From contig CM069139.1 in the NCBI GenBank assembly GCA_035221665.1, positions 71,362,001 to 71,426,000 on the forward strand: DNA of 64,000 bases, in the 5' to 3' direction. The notes beneath the pieces were generated by a model. That model saw only the letters and a list, made by a program, of their open reading frames with translations. It made no database searches and was not told the origin of the DNA. This document shows, piece after piece, positions 1 through 13,188 of this stretch (its first letter is position 1; each line of letters starts with the position of its first letter). The translations under genes were made by a program, and so were the position numbers. Origin of the DNA: Okamejei kenojei. Taxonomy: Eukaryota.

Positions 1-2019
1 ATCACTGATGGCTAATATTATACAAATCAGTAGCAATAAAGTTTAGACTAGATCTGGATGAATATATGGTCTCACACAGACATATAAAGTAATGCAGAGA
101 TGAGCATTCTAGCACCACAGATCCTGAAGGCAAACACAGATATTTCTATGCGTTTGAGTTATTTAATCTTTAAGACGTTGATATTTAGTGTTACTTGTCA
201 CCTTTCTGCCTGCAAATCCAACACTGGATGCGCTCTGAGGCACTAGTTCATTGGCATGTTATACCCTGCAGGGCAAGGTCCTGATTTAGTTGCACTTAAG
301 GCAGGTGAGATCAAATGAATTCGCACCCAGAATTATTCCTTAAAAAAATATTTTGGCACATTAAAATAAAAAAGGTCTGAGGTATTTGCAGAAGCAGAAA
401 ACTACACACTGTTTAAAGTTAGACTTCATAATGAGATTAATCATTATTTTCAATGTGAAGGGAATTAATGCAAACATGGTTTATTTTCAGATGGGTTACA
501 AGCCTAACTCTGACCCATATATTCTGACATGTCACATTATTTGAGAGTGGTTGTGCCGATACAACATATAAGGGGGAGAGGGATGGGGAGAGATTCATTA
601 CTTAAGCGCAAGTACCCTTTGGTGCCTACAGTGTCAGATTCTGCATCGTCACTGCACCAGTCTATATAAAACTGTACAACATAAATTATTAGTGTCAAAA
701 AAATCAATCTACGCTCCTTCAAGAGGCTATATTGTTTCAGGAAACCCAGTCAAATCCATACAAATTATGCCATAAATATTAAAGCTTATACCAACAAACT
801 GTTATATACATTGCAAATTATAAACAAGACCACAAGGAAAAACAGGCATCCTTCTTCTTCAATGATGGGTACACTCAAAATTAAGCAGAGGATCCAAATT
901 ATTTCCTCAATGGCCCGATGTTACATTTGGGATAAAGAAGCATCCCACCCTTGACCACTCCAAACCCAAAAGACAGTAGTTAGAAATCTCAAGAACCCAG
1001 ATTATAGTCACAAAAGGTTATCTGTCGCTGGGCATTTTGGACGTTTTGCTCTAGTCCACTAATGTGCACGGTGAAAATAAGCACCTACTTGTGGGGGAAA
1101 GATCTCATCAGTTTGACTCAATTTATTCCTCAGGAATCACCACAAATGATAAGACCCTAAGAAGTGCATCTGGAAAGTGAAAGCTCACAAAAGCTATGCC
1201 ACAGCCTCACTAAAATGTTGTGTGACAAATATGTAGCAGCTGGTAGGTGTCACCTGTGCAAACCTAACCCACTTGCTGGCGCTGGAAGGTGAGAAAAGCA
1301 TCTAGTGGGACTATCTGCAGCCCCATAGCCGTGTGACCCCTTTTTTAGCTGCTCTGGTAATGAGCATCTTTAAGCCTACACTTTGTATTGCATGGCAGCT
1401 GAAAGACTCACTTCAGAAGCACAAATAAAACTAACCAAAATAAACAAGGGTAATCATTCTCAGACTTCACACTTTGGGTTGCTCTGTGAAATGGTTCCAA
1501 CTGAAATGGTTCGTGGGCTCCTGGCAAGGAACAACTTAACTCATGATTCAGAAAGTACTTCCAGGGAGAAAGATACACTGCCTGTATTCCAAGAACTACA
1601 TCTATAGTTTAATGCAGAAACATCCAACTAAAGTCAGCTTTTTACAATTAATCTTTGCTCTGCATGGATTATGCCATGTCGTGAACAGGTTTGTCATCCA
1701 TCTTTCAACTTTCAGGCTTCAGCCCTAGATATTGAGAGCCAAACAAACTCATAGGTAATAGCCACAAACAAACATGGTGTGTACCAAGTGCCATCTTCCC
1801 CTTGTCACAGAGAACCAGTTCAGAAGCTCTCACCACCGTCAGGCAAGACTTGGAATGATTTTTACATTATTCCTTGCCTTGGATCATCTTTTTTAAAACA
1901 TTAAAGTTAATCGATGCAAAGCTTTAAAACTGCACACAAGCAGCGGATGGTTGCAGCTTGCAAAGGGCTCTTGGCACTGGCTAGCTGCTGGTTTTTCAGT
2001 CCAGTACAGCTGAGAAAGT
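1..2019 (-). other. Probable PACS2 3' UTR / downstream region; candidate AATAAA signals at 1127-1122 and 485-480
   Basis: Follows the stop codon and has no recognisable repeats. The actual cleavage site cannot be determined. Confidence 0.55.
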
Positions 2020-2138
2020 TTAATAAGCAGATTTCAAATGGGTGAAAATGCCGATTGGGAAATACTTCACGTGGGAAGACCACTGAGCTGCCAGCTGAAA
2101 AAACTTCACATCATTCCATTCCACACCATCAATCGTTA
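2020..2138 (-). CDS. PACS2: PACS2 last coding exon (V)[38 protein letters not shown]
   Basis: Acceptor tcttccag, phase 1, TAA stop at 2022-2020; 119 nt. Confidence 0.95.
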
Positions 2139-2514
2139 CTGGAAGAGAAGCAGAGGAAGAGTGAGCACATTGGAAAAGTTAAGTATCTACTTTCCACTTT
2201 AAAAATACTTGGATGAGAATTTAGTGTGCAGATATGCATGATCTGGCATGGCATATTACAAAAACAGGGTGAAGAGGAGCAGAATGGGCCTAACTCTTCT
2301 AAAGAGCTGCTTGAGCACAATGGGCCACATGGCCCGTGCCTGTGCTGCATAATTATGCACAATTCACGATGACTCATTTTTTGTTTTTATCTGCAAAGAG
2401 AAAGTAAACCAAGATTTCCTGTGCCAATTCTGAATGTTTTAAGCAAGCTTCCTATGTGTACTAATTCGACGTGCTTTGAACAGACAATTATAAGCATCAT
2501 CAGATATTGAGGAT

Positions 2515-2695
2515 AGACACACAAAGCACGAGTAACTCAACGGGTCAGAAAGCATCTCTGGAAAAAAGGAATAGGAATAAGAAAAAGGAATACCCATTCC
2601 TTTTCTCCAGAGATGCGTCCGTCCCACTGAGTTACTCCAGCTTTTTGTGTCTATCTTCAGTTTAAACCAGCATCTGCAGTTCCTTCCTACATAAA
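2515..2695. mobile_element. Short Penelope-derived fold-back element with 11-bp TSD
   Basis: Inverted gagtaactca...gcatctctgga arms; TSD atattgaggat at 2504-2514 and 2696-2706. Confidence 0.75.
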
Positions 2696-2834
2696 ATATT
2701 GAGGATTGGACTATGCCAAACTGGCTTGATTGTACTCATGCATATTATGGTTGGACTTGAGTGGATAGCACTCAAACAAAAGCTTTTCACTGTATCTCAG
2801 TACACGTTGCAATAATAAACCATTACATCCAATA

Positions 2835-3478
2835 CATACATGGTTCCCTGAAAGTGGAGATGTAGGTGGACAGGGTGGTGAAGAAGGCATTTGGCATCTT
2901 CATTGGTAGGGTATGGAGTACAAGAGTTGGGACATTGTGATGCAACTGTACAAGTCGTTGGTGAGACTACATGGAGCACCGTGTGCAGTTCTGGTCACCC
3001 AGCTATAGGAAGGATGCCTTTAAGTGGAAAGGGTGCTGAACAAATACACCTGTTTGAATTACACAGAGAGAGAGTGGACAGGCTGAGACTTTTTTCTTTG
3101 GAGCTTGGGATAAAGGGTGGCCTTATTGAATTTATAAAATCGATGAGGCATGGATATGGTGAAGAATCAAGAGTCTTTCTCCACAGGGTAGAGGATTCTA
3201 AAACAAGGATGTATGCTTAAGGTGAGAGGGAAGAGATTTAAGAGGGACCTCAAGGGCACCTATTTCTTTCAGAGGGCAGCCCGTATCTGGAATGAGCTGC
3301 CAGAGGAAGCTATTGAAGCGCTTATAATTATCACTTTCAAAATATATATGGATACATATATGGATGGAAAGGCTTTAGAGGATGTGGACCAAATGCAGGA
3401 AAATGGGACCAGCCCAGAATACCAACTTAGTCAGTATAGACAAAATGGTCCAATAAACATGTTCCATAATTCTATTAC
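2835..3478 (+). mobile_element. CR1 (HER1-type) LINE 3' fragment, decayed
   Basis: ORF remnants RLRLFSLE and YFFQRAARIWNELPEE, typical of the CR1 ORF2 C-terminus. Confidence 0.85.
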
Positions 3479-3499
3479 TGTGCGCAATACTTCAATTAT

Positions 3500-4895
3500 G
3501 CAGAAACAAAGAACTGCAGATGCTGGTTTATACCACAAAAGTGCTGGTAACTCAGTGGGTCAGGCAGCTTCTCCGGAGAAAAAGAATAGGTGATGTTTTG
3601 GGTCGGGTCCCTTCTTCAGAATGAAAGTAGGGGGTGGGGGAATGGGTTAGAAGAACTGGAAGTGAGAAACGACCAGGACAAATCACGACCAGCAACAAAT
3701 AACTTTGGGCAGTGAGGTGCCTTGGTAGGCCCACTAATAGCGAGAGAAGGTGCGATCTCAAGAGGGATACAATCTGGTGAACTGTGGAAATGGTTAAATG
3801 ACTAGGGTGGAGGAAGGGGGGAGCTGAAGGAAGTGTTGGTAGAAGTTACTTAAAATGATACAATTCAACATTCATCCCCCTGGGCTGTAAGCTGCCCAAG
3901 TGAAATATGAGGTCCTGTTCCTCCAATTTGCATGTGGCCTCACTCGGCAATGGAGGAGGCCCAGGACAGAAAGGTCATTCAGGCAATGGGAAGGCAAGTT
4001 GAAATAGTTAGCACTGGGAGGTCCCGTAGGCATCGGCGAATCAAGCACAAGTGTTCAGCTAAACGGCCGCCAAGTCTACGTTTGGTCTCACAGGAGCCCA
4101 TACCTGGAACTCTGTCAGTAGCTAATAATTTAAACTCCCCCTTCACCTCCCCACATTGAATTTTCTGTCCTGGGCCTCCTCCATTGCGAGAGCGCGATCA
4201 CACGCAAACTGGAGGAACAGCCCCTCATATTCCGTGATGGTATTTTCGATCATAGAGTCATACAGTGTGGAAACAGACCTTTTGGCCCAACTTGCCCACA
4301 CCGGCCAACACTACACTAGTCCCAGCTACACTAGTCCCACTTTCTTGCACTTGGTCCATATCCCTCCAAACCTGTCCTACCCATGCACCTGTCTAACTGT
4401 TTCTTAAACAATAGGATCGTCCCAGCTTCAAGGTGTCAGAGGTTATGGTGGGAAGGCAGGAGAATGGGGTTAGGAGGGATAGATCAGCCATGATTGAATG
4501 GCAGACTTGATGGGCTGAATGGCCTAATTCTACTCCTATTCCTTTTGACCTAATGCCATTAACCAGCCCCAATCCCCCTTCACCTAGTCCCATTTTCCTT
4601 TTATTCACTTATTTCCCCCTCCCCCACAAACACTTCCACCTATATCCCTCCCTTGGGGCTTTACAATTTACTCCTTTTATCTTTTTTTCACCTTTGCCAC
4701 TTTACATTTGCCAAGCAAACCCACCTATCACTTGCTTGTCTATTTCCCAGCCCCACCTCTCTTTCCCAGCTTTCTTCCCCCTACTACTCTCAGGCTGAAG
4801 AAGGGTCCTGGCCCATAAAGTTGCCTGTCCATTCCTCTCTACAGATGCTGCCTGCTCTGCTGAGTTCCTCCAGCACTTTGCTTTTCGCTCTACAT
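3500..4895. mobile_element. Penelope-like element remnant with inverted ends and GIY-YIG fragments, interrupted by CR1 tails at ~4250-4545
   Basis: ETKRRLG.R.AEH and RKLEEQ.LIF remnants in opposite orientations; family terminal sequence at ~3510-3620 and ~4795-4880. Confidence 0.7.
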
Positions 4896-5261
4896 CTCCA
4901 GTGACATTAGTTACGTGAAATTTCAGGATGGCGAGGGTTGAGTGCAAGAATAGGTCTGTGTATATGGGATACTAATCTCTGAAGGTCTGAAGATAGGGGC
5001 TCACCAAAACATACATTGGAAGGTTGGAATTAACCAAACAACTAATCCTTGAAATTGAGTTTCAGCTGTGGTTCTCGGATAGCAGCCTATCCTCAAGTCC
5101 CAATCCAGAGGTGCAAGTACAAAATCTAGATGGCTAGTTGTAGTGCGCATTGGGTGGATGAACTGTCAGAAAACTTTGCTCTAAGTAAACATTAACAAAA
5201 CCCTTTGAGTGAGCATAAGCAATCCCATTTTGTCCCAACTATAATAATGGAAAGAAACTTT

Positions 5262-5402
5262 GCCAATGTATAGGAGTCCACACCTGGAACAGCGGATACA
5301 GTAGCTGAAGTTTGAGGAGGTGCAAGTGATCCTCTGCCTCACCTGAAAAGACTGTCGGGGTCCTTGGACCAAGTCGAGGGGGGAGGTATAGGGACAGGTG
5401 TG
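5262..5402 (-). mobile_element. Penelope-like GIY-YIG endonuclease fragment
   Basis: Translation QSFQVRQRITCTSSNFSYCIRCSRCGLLYIGK. Confidence 0.8.
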
Positions 5403-5473
5403 CACCTAGCCATAGCAGACTTACAAGGAGACATTGTTACAGGGCAAGTAAGCCTAATTCTTTCCCTTCATAC

Positions 5474-5587
5474 CTTGCAGCATGGTCTGCTGCTGTTTTG
5501 CAGTGCAAATTAACCGGCTGATGCCTTCAATCACTTGGCTCTTCGATTCCAATTCTTTGTCTTTTGTTTTCTTAGGCAAAAACATCA
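5474..5587 (-). CDS. PACS2: PACS2 exon (V)[37 protein letters not shown]
   Basis: ttacag acceptor, gtatga donor; 114 nt, phase 1-1. Confidence 0.95.
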
Positions 5588-6007
5588 CTGTAAGAAAGAT
5601 AGTTGTTTCATAGATAAACATGAGGTATTGAAATACTGTGCACTGCACTCCAATGTGACACAATAAATAATCAACTTCAAAATATAATCGGGGACGCAAA
5701 CATGTTGCAAGGAAAGGCACTGGACTTCGAAATGGCTTTCCTGGAAATGTATATCTCCCATTATTATTAATAACTGAAGAGCAATGCCATAATTTAGACG
5801 ACTTTACCACAGAGTACACATGGGCTATGTCCTTAAAGGACCGGCTGCACTAAAGGTGGGTAAATGTTAGCAACCAAACCTCATGTGTGCCTCATCATCC
5901 AGTGGCAATGTTACAGATAATTAAACAATGTAATTAAAACAATAGAATCTTAAGCATCACACAGTTCTTTCTCAGCAGGTCAGGCAGCATCCATGAAGTG
6001 CTTCCAG

Positions 6008-6308
6008 GGTGGCATGACGGCGCAAGTGGTAGAGCTGCGGCCTCAGCGCCAGAGACCCAGATACAATCCTGATTTTAGGTGCTGTTTGTGCGGAGTTTGC
6101 ACGTTCTCCATGACCACGTGAGGGTTTCCTCCGGGTGCTCCCTTTTACCCTGGGTTTGTAGGTTAATTGTCGTCTGTAAATTACCCTGAGTGTGACAGGA
6201 TTGGGAAAGTGGGATAACATAGATCTAATGTGAATGGGTGATCAATGACCAGCATGGACTCGGTGGGCTGAAGGGCCTGTTTAAATGCTGCTTCTCTAAA
6301 CTAAACTA
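6008..6308 (+). mobile_element. tRNA-derived V-SINE (HE1-like)
   Basis: A-box-like head ggcgcaagtggtagagc, V-domain gagtttgcacgttctcc...gggtttcctccgggtgctcc, CR1-like tail with ctaaa repeats. Confidence 0.85.
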
Positions 6309-6392
6309 ATTTTCATTTTTGATATTAGATTTCCAGCAACTGCAGTTCTTTGATTTTAAACAAGTAAAATCCTGCTCTCTGTAGTCTCTTAC

Positions 6393-6622
6393 CCTTTTTG
6401 TTCTTCTCCTTTGTCACCACTGTCATGGACATAGTGGGCAGGGTTGTAATTTCCCCACCATTGGGCAGCCTGCTGACCTGGAGCGAGCGGAAGGTGCACT
6501 TCAGTGTGTTCTTGGCCGTGGCATCCTTCTTCTCTGGATCCTTCTTCTTGTCGGCCAGTTGTGCAATCCAATAGTCGACCTGCAGTCCCATCAGTTCTCC
6601 ACTGTGACCAAGGCTCTGCGAA
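6393..6622 (-). CDS. PACS2: PACS2 exon [18 protein letters not shown]...[14 protein letters not shown]
   Basis: gtgtcag acceptor (phase 2), gtaag donor; 230 nt; lies within ORF 6325..6768. Confidence 0.93.
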
Positions 6623-8345
6623 CTGACACGAGACAAGCAGGGTGAAGTTACTGAACCTGCCAAACACTTCACATTAGCATTCATCAATGGCACATCGCTT
6701 TTAACAAAATAACAAACGGAACCACGAGCAAACCCCGTGCAGTAACATGCAATAAATATGATCCACATGAAGATGCAATAAATTCATGGCAGGTGCATTT
6801 ATCCATGTGACACCACCACAGCATTAACCTTTGATCTCTACTGGAACTATGAAGAAAAAAAATGTGATAACACTAATGCTACCAGCTACATTGGTACAGG
6901 CCTATGGAAGGTCCCGTGATTACTTTAGCTTTACCTGCAGAGCAGAGGTGGATTAGAGTAAATAATTAAAAAATGGAGAGCAAAACAAAATGCCAGGTTG
7001 AACAGATCCACTGCCACCGACAGGAGGCCTTCGGTCACCATGGGGCCCCCACTCCTCTCACCATCTGTCGCTTCCTAGGTGGGGTATGTTGGCGACTCCG
7101 AGGGAGGTGGGAAGAGGGGTGGAGAAAGAGGCCGACTGGACAGAGCGATGGGAGAAGCAGGTGGCCGGTGGTGGAGAGGACAGCGCCAACAGCAAGAAAC
7201 AGCAGCATGTGATAGGGACTCGCTGATACACCTTGCGAGTCGGGAGTGGGGTCGTAGCCAGGGCTCTAAATGACCGGGGAGGTGGTGGGAGCCAGGGATG
7301 GGTCGGCACGTCATACTATTCACATTCAGTTAACAACGCCATCTGTGGCCACTCAGGATATTTCAACGGAGCACTTGTAACCGATTACCGGGGGCTGGCG
7401 GTGGGAAGATGACAACAACTTCAGACTTCAGTTGACGGAGAGTCGGTGCTCAACATGTGCTAAAATGTTTTTTTTTTAACCATCCGACTAAGATTGACGT
7501 TAAAAATAAATAGTATGCCAATTTGAAGTTTAGCCAATATAGTCCAATTCTTGAATAAAATAAGCACTGTCACATTACATCTTGGCCATGTTAGCCTAAA
7601 CAGGTTAGACTCCAAGAACTTTCTGTTTAATTAAATAAAATTGAGCTGAACACCACAGTGACAGTGTCAGTGGATGCAACATTGTCAAAGGAGTCATCCT
7701 GCAGATCAAATGCTGGACCCCCAAGTTCCATCTCAGATGTAAAAAATCCTAAGGCTTAAAGAATGCCAACCAACACACAAGCCTCGTCAAGGGTCCCGAC
7801 GTCACCTCCAGATTTTCTCCAGAAATGCTGCCTGACCAGCTGAGTTACTCCAGCATTTAGAGTCCATCTTCACTAGAACATAAGGTATCTTTCTATCTTC
7901 ACAGTTGCTGCCTGACCTGCTAAACACTGCTAGCATTCTGCTCTCACTTCAAAGACCTCATTAATTTATTTAGAAAGAGATCAGTATATTGTTCCCAGTG
8001 TTCTGATCAATATTCATCCCTCGCCTCTAATCAAGACAATCTGACTATTATAACAGTGCTACCCAGGGGAAGCTGCTGTGTACAAATTGCCTGCTGTCTT
8101 TTCTATGTTACAATAGTGACTACATTCCAGTACAATAGATGCCAAGTCAGAACAAGGTTGTGAAATGCACTATATTTAGTACTAATCTCTTTTTCAAAGG
8201 CAATCAATGCCAGCTGAAATCATTGGCGTGAATCCAATTCTTACTGAGTGAATGAACAGCAAGTTCGATTGCGCAAAAAATAAAAAATAAAAAAATCTGC
8301 CTGACGATATACTTTAAACTGCACAAGTCCATCTCCAATACTTAC

Positions 8346-8478
8346 CTTGAATACAGTCCACTTCCCACGGAGGGTGAGGAGGGTGGGGTAGGGGAGGCTT
8401 CCTTCATTGCTGGAGATAGTGCCGGGGGTGTGGAGGACAAGACACTGGAACCTGAAGTGGCAGCATCATCTGAATCAC
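8346..8478 (-). CDS. PACS2: PACS2 exon (G)[43 protein letters not shown]
   Basis: tttgcag acceptor, gtaag donor; 133 nt, phase 1-2. Confidence 0.95.
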
Positions 8479-8656
8479 CTGCAAATAACATCAATTATTT
8501 TACAGGACTGTAACAACTGCTTGACGCTGCTTTAAAGGATTACCATAAATTGGTATTCCATCAAATCCGATTAAGCACAGGTTTAAAATCATATTACACA
8601 TTTTTTTTTTTTTAGTTGATTGTAATCCATTTGGGCTTTCTGAAGAAATTACAAAC

Positions 8657-8699
8657 CTGAGGTGGCTGAAGACTGCTCCACAATCCCAACTTTCACAAC
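8657..8699 (-). CDS. PACS2: PACS2 exon VVKVGIVEQSSATS(G)
   Basis: cttgcag acceptor, gtttgt donor; 43 nt, phase 0-1. Confidence 0.93.
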
Positions 8700-8842
8700 C
8701 TGCAAGCAAAAATATTACACAATCAGTTCAATGTATTAAAACACACAAAGCCACCAGGATCAAGAGCCTCCTCATTTCAATGCACCTCATTTAGGTTTAC
8801 TCATCTGGATTCCGTATTTACATTCGCCCAGTAACATTTATG

Positions 8843-9550
8843 TTTTTTGTTTTTTTAAATTTTATTTATTAGAAGTACAGTCAAAATACATTAATACACG
8901 CCACGTATATATTATTACATTTATTGTACCCCTTCATTTTTTAAAGCTATTAGGAAAGGATAGAAATTGAGGAAATAGAGAAAGTGATAGTGTAGAAATG
9001 TGACGAAAGGAAAGAAGAATGACCCTTTAGACGAGGAATTAGGAAAAAATAAAAGAGATAGACCCTAGAAAAGAAAAAAAAGAAGAAAAAAGAAAAAAGA
9101 CAGTTTCTCTATTATGAACATCACGCAAAAGGGATATACCAACTTGACACTTTTCATCCCCCTTTACCAAGTCCTGACATCGGTGCCTTTTTAAAGTACC
9201 TTATACTTGTAGTAAGTCTATAAATGAAGACCACGTCCTATAAAAGTGATCTGATTTGCCTGCCAGGAGGAGTCTCATATCTTCCAGGTGTAGTGTTTCA
9301 AACATCATTGAAATCCACACGTTTATTGTTGGTATAGGAGCGTTTTTCACAAGATTTTAAAATAAGCTTTTTTCCAGTTATTAACCCGTAATCAAATAGG
9401 TTCTTTTGAAACACATTTAGTTCAGGGCTACCTTCCGTTGTTCCAAAGATAATCCATTCTGCTTTTGGTATCAGTTTTATTTAAAATAATTTTGTAAAGA
9501 TTTCAAAAATTTCATTCCAAAATGTTTCAATTTTTATACCAAAAAACAAA
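8843..9550 (-). mobile_element. 5'-truncated L1-clade LINE 3' end with poly(A) tail and 16-bp TSD
   Basis: Minus-strand remnants FWNEIFEIF, WIIFG, WISMMFETLHLE, FYRTWSSF; AATAAA plus A-rich tail; TSD cccagtaacatttatg at 8827-8842 and 9551-9566. Confidence 0.85.
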
Positions 9551-10091
9551 CCCAGTAACATTTATGAAGAGACTATCTTGTGCATGACGTGAACAGTGAA
9601 GAGACCATTACATTAATTCTATATGACTTTCTCTGCCTTGCAGAATGGAGAGTACTTCTGCTTTGTTCCAACATTTTACAGACCATTTATATTTCACCTG
9701 ATAACTCAAAACATACTTTTTCTATTGAAGGAAACCATAAAAGAATCACAAATGTTAATTGCTGAAATGCTCCCTGAATACACCTTCTCCCAAGTCAGGC
9801 AATTGTCTAAACAATCCCCCCAATGTACCTGTACATCTTCACTATACCCTCCTACCAACAGCCCTCCATAAGATTTGTGCTCCCAATATTTCCTCTCTTG
9901 ACATTCATCCGCGCACTCCCGTCACATTGGAAACAAAGTAGGAAAAAGATTATGACAAAATTGGAAGGGAGGAAAGACTTGATTTGCTCTTTGAGGAATG
10001 GTGATAAGGGAAAAGTGGATGTACGAGCCTGTCCAATGAAAAAACACAAAGACAATTGTGAAACATTAAAAGACAAAATTAGATCACTTAC

Positions 10092-10134
10092 TCCAATAAA
10101 GGGAATGAATTTCTGGCAAGAGTCTTCATCAGGG
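10092..10134 (-). CDS. PACS2: PACS2 exon (S)PDEDSCQKFIPFIG
   Basis: T-rich tract plus cttag acceptor, gtaagt donor; 43 nt, phase 2-0. Confidence 0.93.
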
Positions 10135-11959
10135 CTAAGAATAAAAAAAAAAATAATTAAATCTAATCCAGAACTTTATGCTTAAGAATGAGTGGGAAAT
10201 GATGCAAATCTGCACATGCAGTAACAAGTCAGCTTCATCTAATATTCTCGATTGAATTTGCATTAATGCGCAGTAGCATCATTCTTTAAATCAGCTGCAA
10301 AGGTTTGTGTAGAGGTATTGGGAGAGTCATATCGTGTGGCATCAGACACATACCACTCCAGGCAACATTATCTCATCTATTGTAACATGAAAATGTTTCA
10401 GAAAATCGTGGCTCTACAGAGGATATTAATTACGACGGCATTAGGGATGAACTAGTTTCAGAGTAGGACTTGAGAAGCTGGTATTTTTTCGTTTCACAGC
10501 AGGAAAGTTTCAGAAGCGATTTGTTAGAAGTGTTGAAAATCATGTTGGGATGTGGTAAACATGGAAAATACTTTACAGTGGCAGAAGAGTGAGCAACTAA
10601 GGGTAAACGGACCACAGGGGATACAAGTGTAATTCTTTCTTTCTTCACATAATTATTACACTCTGGAAGGCACTGCTCTAATGCATGGTGGGAGCCAATT
10701 ACACAGCAACATTCAAAAGAAAATCGATGGATGACTGAAAGGAAAATCTTTAGAGCTATGTGGAAAACCACAGGTTGCTTGCTCCACCAAATTAGCAGAG
10801 GCAGGATTGGCCAAATGGCATACTTCTTTGCTTTATGTTTAATTTCAGAAAGTTAATTTGTTTTCCAGCCAGCTATTTAACTTCCCAGAAAAATAAAATC
10901 ATTTCCAAGTCAATATTCTTACAAGCATGGACATTCATTAAAAAATAACCCTTCAAGACTTAAACTAAGCAATCTGGCAAGTGCCATATGCTGGTCCATA
11001 AGGATAGGTGTACAATCTCTCCTGCAAAGGAGGGGGTTTGGGGGTTAAATAGAGCATTTATTTCAGCTCGGGCAGTAAATGTAGCGATTAATTTTGTAAA
11101 CTGCAATGTTCCAGATTACAAGGTCTCTCATGGACACAAATAAATATAAGGATTATTAAGAGACATAAAACCAAGGGCATTTACTTGGACAAATATTTGG
11201 AACATTACAAGATGCAGGAGTTCTTGTGTGAGTACGGGAATATGATAGGGTACAGAAATCTTCAGGGAAAACTTGAAACTTGACAGGACACAGGAATTCC
11301 TTGAGTACTGGGACTGAAATACAGCCAAAACCCTTAGTTCAACAGGCAACTCTTTATTGGTGGGGTATTGACAATGGTAGAGCAAATGAGACCCCTCTTG
11401 GAGCACGGCTCCTTAACACTGATAAAAAGAGCTACATTCTCAGTGTGATGAATGGTTCTACCACTTGATGTGATTCTCACTAAAGTTCCTATTAATGAAT
11501 GAAGTGAGACTATTAACTGCCAGATTACTTAATATTTGATGCTGAGCAGGCAAATAGCATCTGCCACAATGAAGCAAGAACCATGAAAATGCCATTAGAA
11601 TTTTTCAAGTCTTATAGGTCCAAGTTTCCATATCATTTTAAGAATGCTAAAAAACATGCCAAGAACTTTAGGCCACCCCAGTTCAGTCCTTTAAACTGAT
11701 GCACTGAGGTCCAGAATTTAAGTCTGTAGGTTCAGTTGCCTGGATTGGTAGTGCCCGTACTTAACCACACCATTTGAGGTGGAGCATTTGCCCCACGAGG
11801 AGATCTAATAGGATTATCATTAAACACTTGTGGAACATTGACCAATTTTAGTAGGAATTGCCTACTTTTGATTCAGTGGAATACAGAGCATGAAATTACT
11901 TGTAGAAATTATAGGAAACATATTGGAGCAGCATGTATAGTAATCGCCTGCATTATCCC

Positions 11960-12262
11960 ACGGGCCACGTGGGAGCCAGAGGACACGTCACCGGGAAGAA
12001 AGGAGGGCCCGGCGTTGTGGAACCCCCGTGAGGAGGGAGGGAGAGGGGAGGGGGGTAGAACAAAGGAGGACCCGGAGTGGGGGGGATGGCCATGAGGGGA
12101 TGGGGAGGGGGAAGAGAGGGTAGGACAGAGGAGGACCTGGCGTGGGATACTTTATACTTCCTAAGTGCCCTTTACGTGGCAACTATTTGCATACCTTGGG
12201 TATGTAAGTAAAGAATTTCACTGTGACTTGTCACCTGTGACAATAAAATATTCAATTCAATT
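11960..12262 (+). mobile_element. Unclassified retroposon 3' end (GC-rich body, caataaa plus ttcaa-repeat tail)
   Basis: Tail aatttcactgtgacttgtcacctgtgacaataaa; a related, more decayed tail lies at ~23880-24030. Confidence 0.5.
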
Positions 12263-13188
12263 AGATTTACTGTAGTGTTGGATGACTGTGAACCTGGGAC
12301 ACACCAGTATACAGTCACAGCAATTCCTGCTACAGGCTGTTCAGGAGAAGACTCACGCACTTTCATGCCTGTACTGCAGTTACCAGGAGGGATGTCAGCA
12401 CACTCCAAAAGCTTGATTAACACACACTCAAATCACAAGCATCTTTAGTTCAAAAGGCAGGCCAAGAGGCTATCGACTAGCTCGCGAATAAACAGGGGTA
12501 AGAGAAGCAGCAGCAAAAAGAAGGCATACATTATTTTTTAAGCCAGTCTTTTCCTTTCACTTCATTAACAAGGAAGTAATGTTTGCACACATAGCTTGCA
12601 AAATAACTTGAGGAAAGCAGAGAGACAGAGATAGTATGATTTAATTATAATTGAATGGCAAGAAATGAGTCCAGTTTTGAGACTATCCTGAAGTACACCA
12701 GGAAGTGGCATGAGGAAATCACGAACAGAAAGAATTGTTTCAGCATCGTACCCTTTGTCACACAATCAGTGCAAAGGGTCAGTGGGGAGTCAAATAGAGC
12801 ACCAAATTCATCAATTGTGGGGACCACTAAAATTTGAGGTATTGATATTTTTAAAAAAGGTGGGAAGAATAATTTCAAAGAAAAACCCAAACTCTCATTG
12901 CTGAAAAAGGCTATAGAGAGGGATTACTGTTGGTATTTATATTCAGCAGCACATCCCAGCGCCATGATCATTATGGCCAAGAACAACAGCACAACAGCCA
13001 TTCTTTCAGCATTTCCTTCCCCGTTGCTTTCTGATCAACTGTGTATGTTGCCATTCTCACACGGTTGCAGGGTCAAAATCTTGGCGCTCCATACCCATCA
13101 TTGTGGGAGTACCCTCACTGCACCAAACTCAAGGGCAACTATTAATGGGCAATAAATGGCTTCGAGTCAGCATTATCAATATGCTGAA

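Noticed and set aside
6008-6090. tRNA gene
   Set aside because: It is the tRNA-derived head of a V-SINE, with no intact cloverleaf.
6623-6768. N-terminal extension of ORF 6325..6768 and an upstream AG at 6658-6657
   Set aside because: That acceptor gives phase 1, but the preceding exon ends in phase 2; the extension is intronic.
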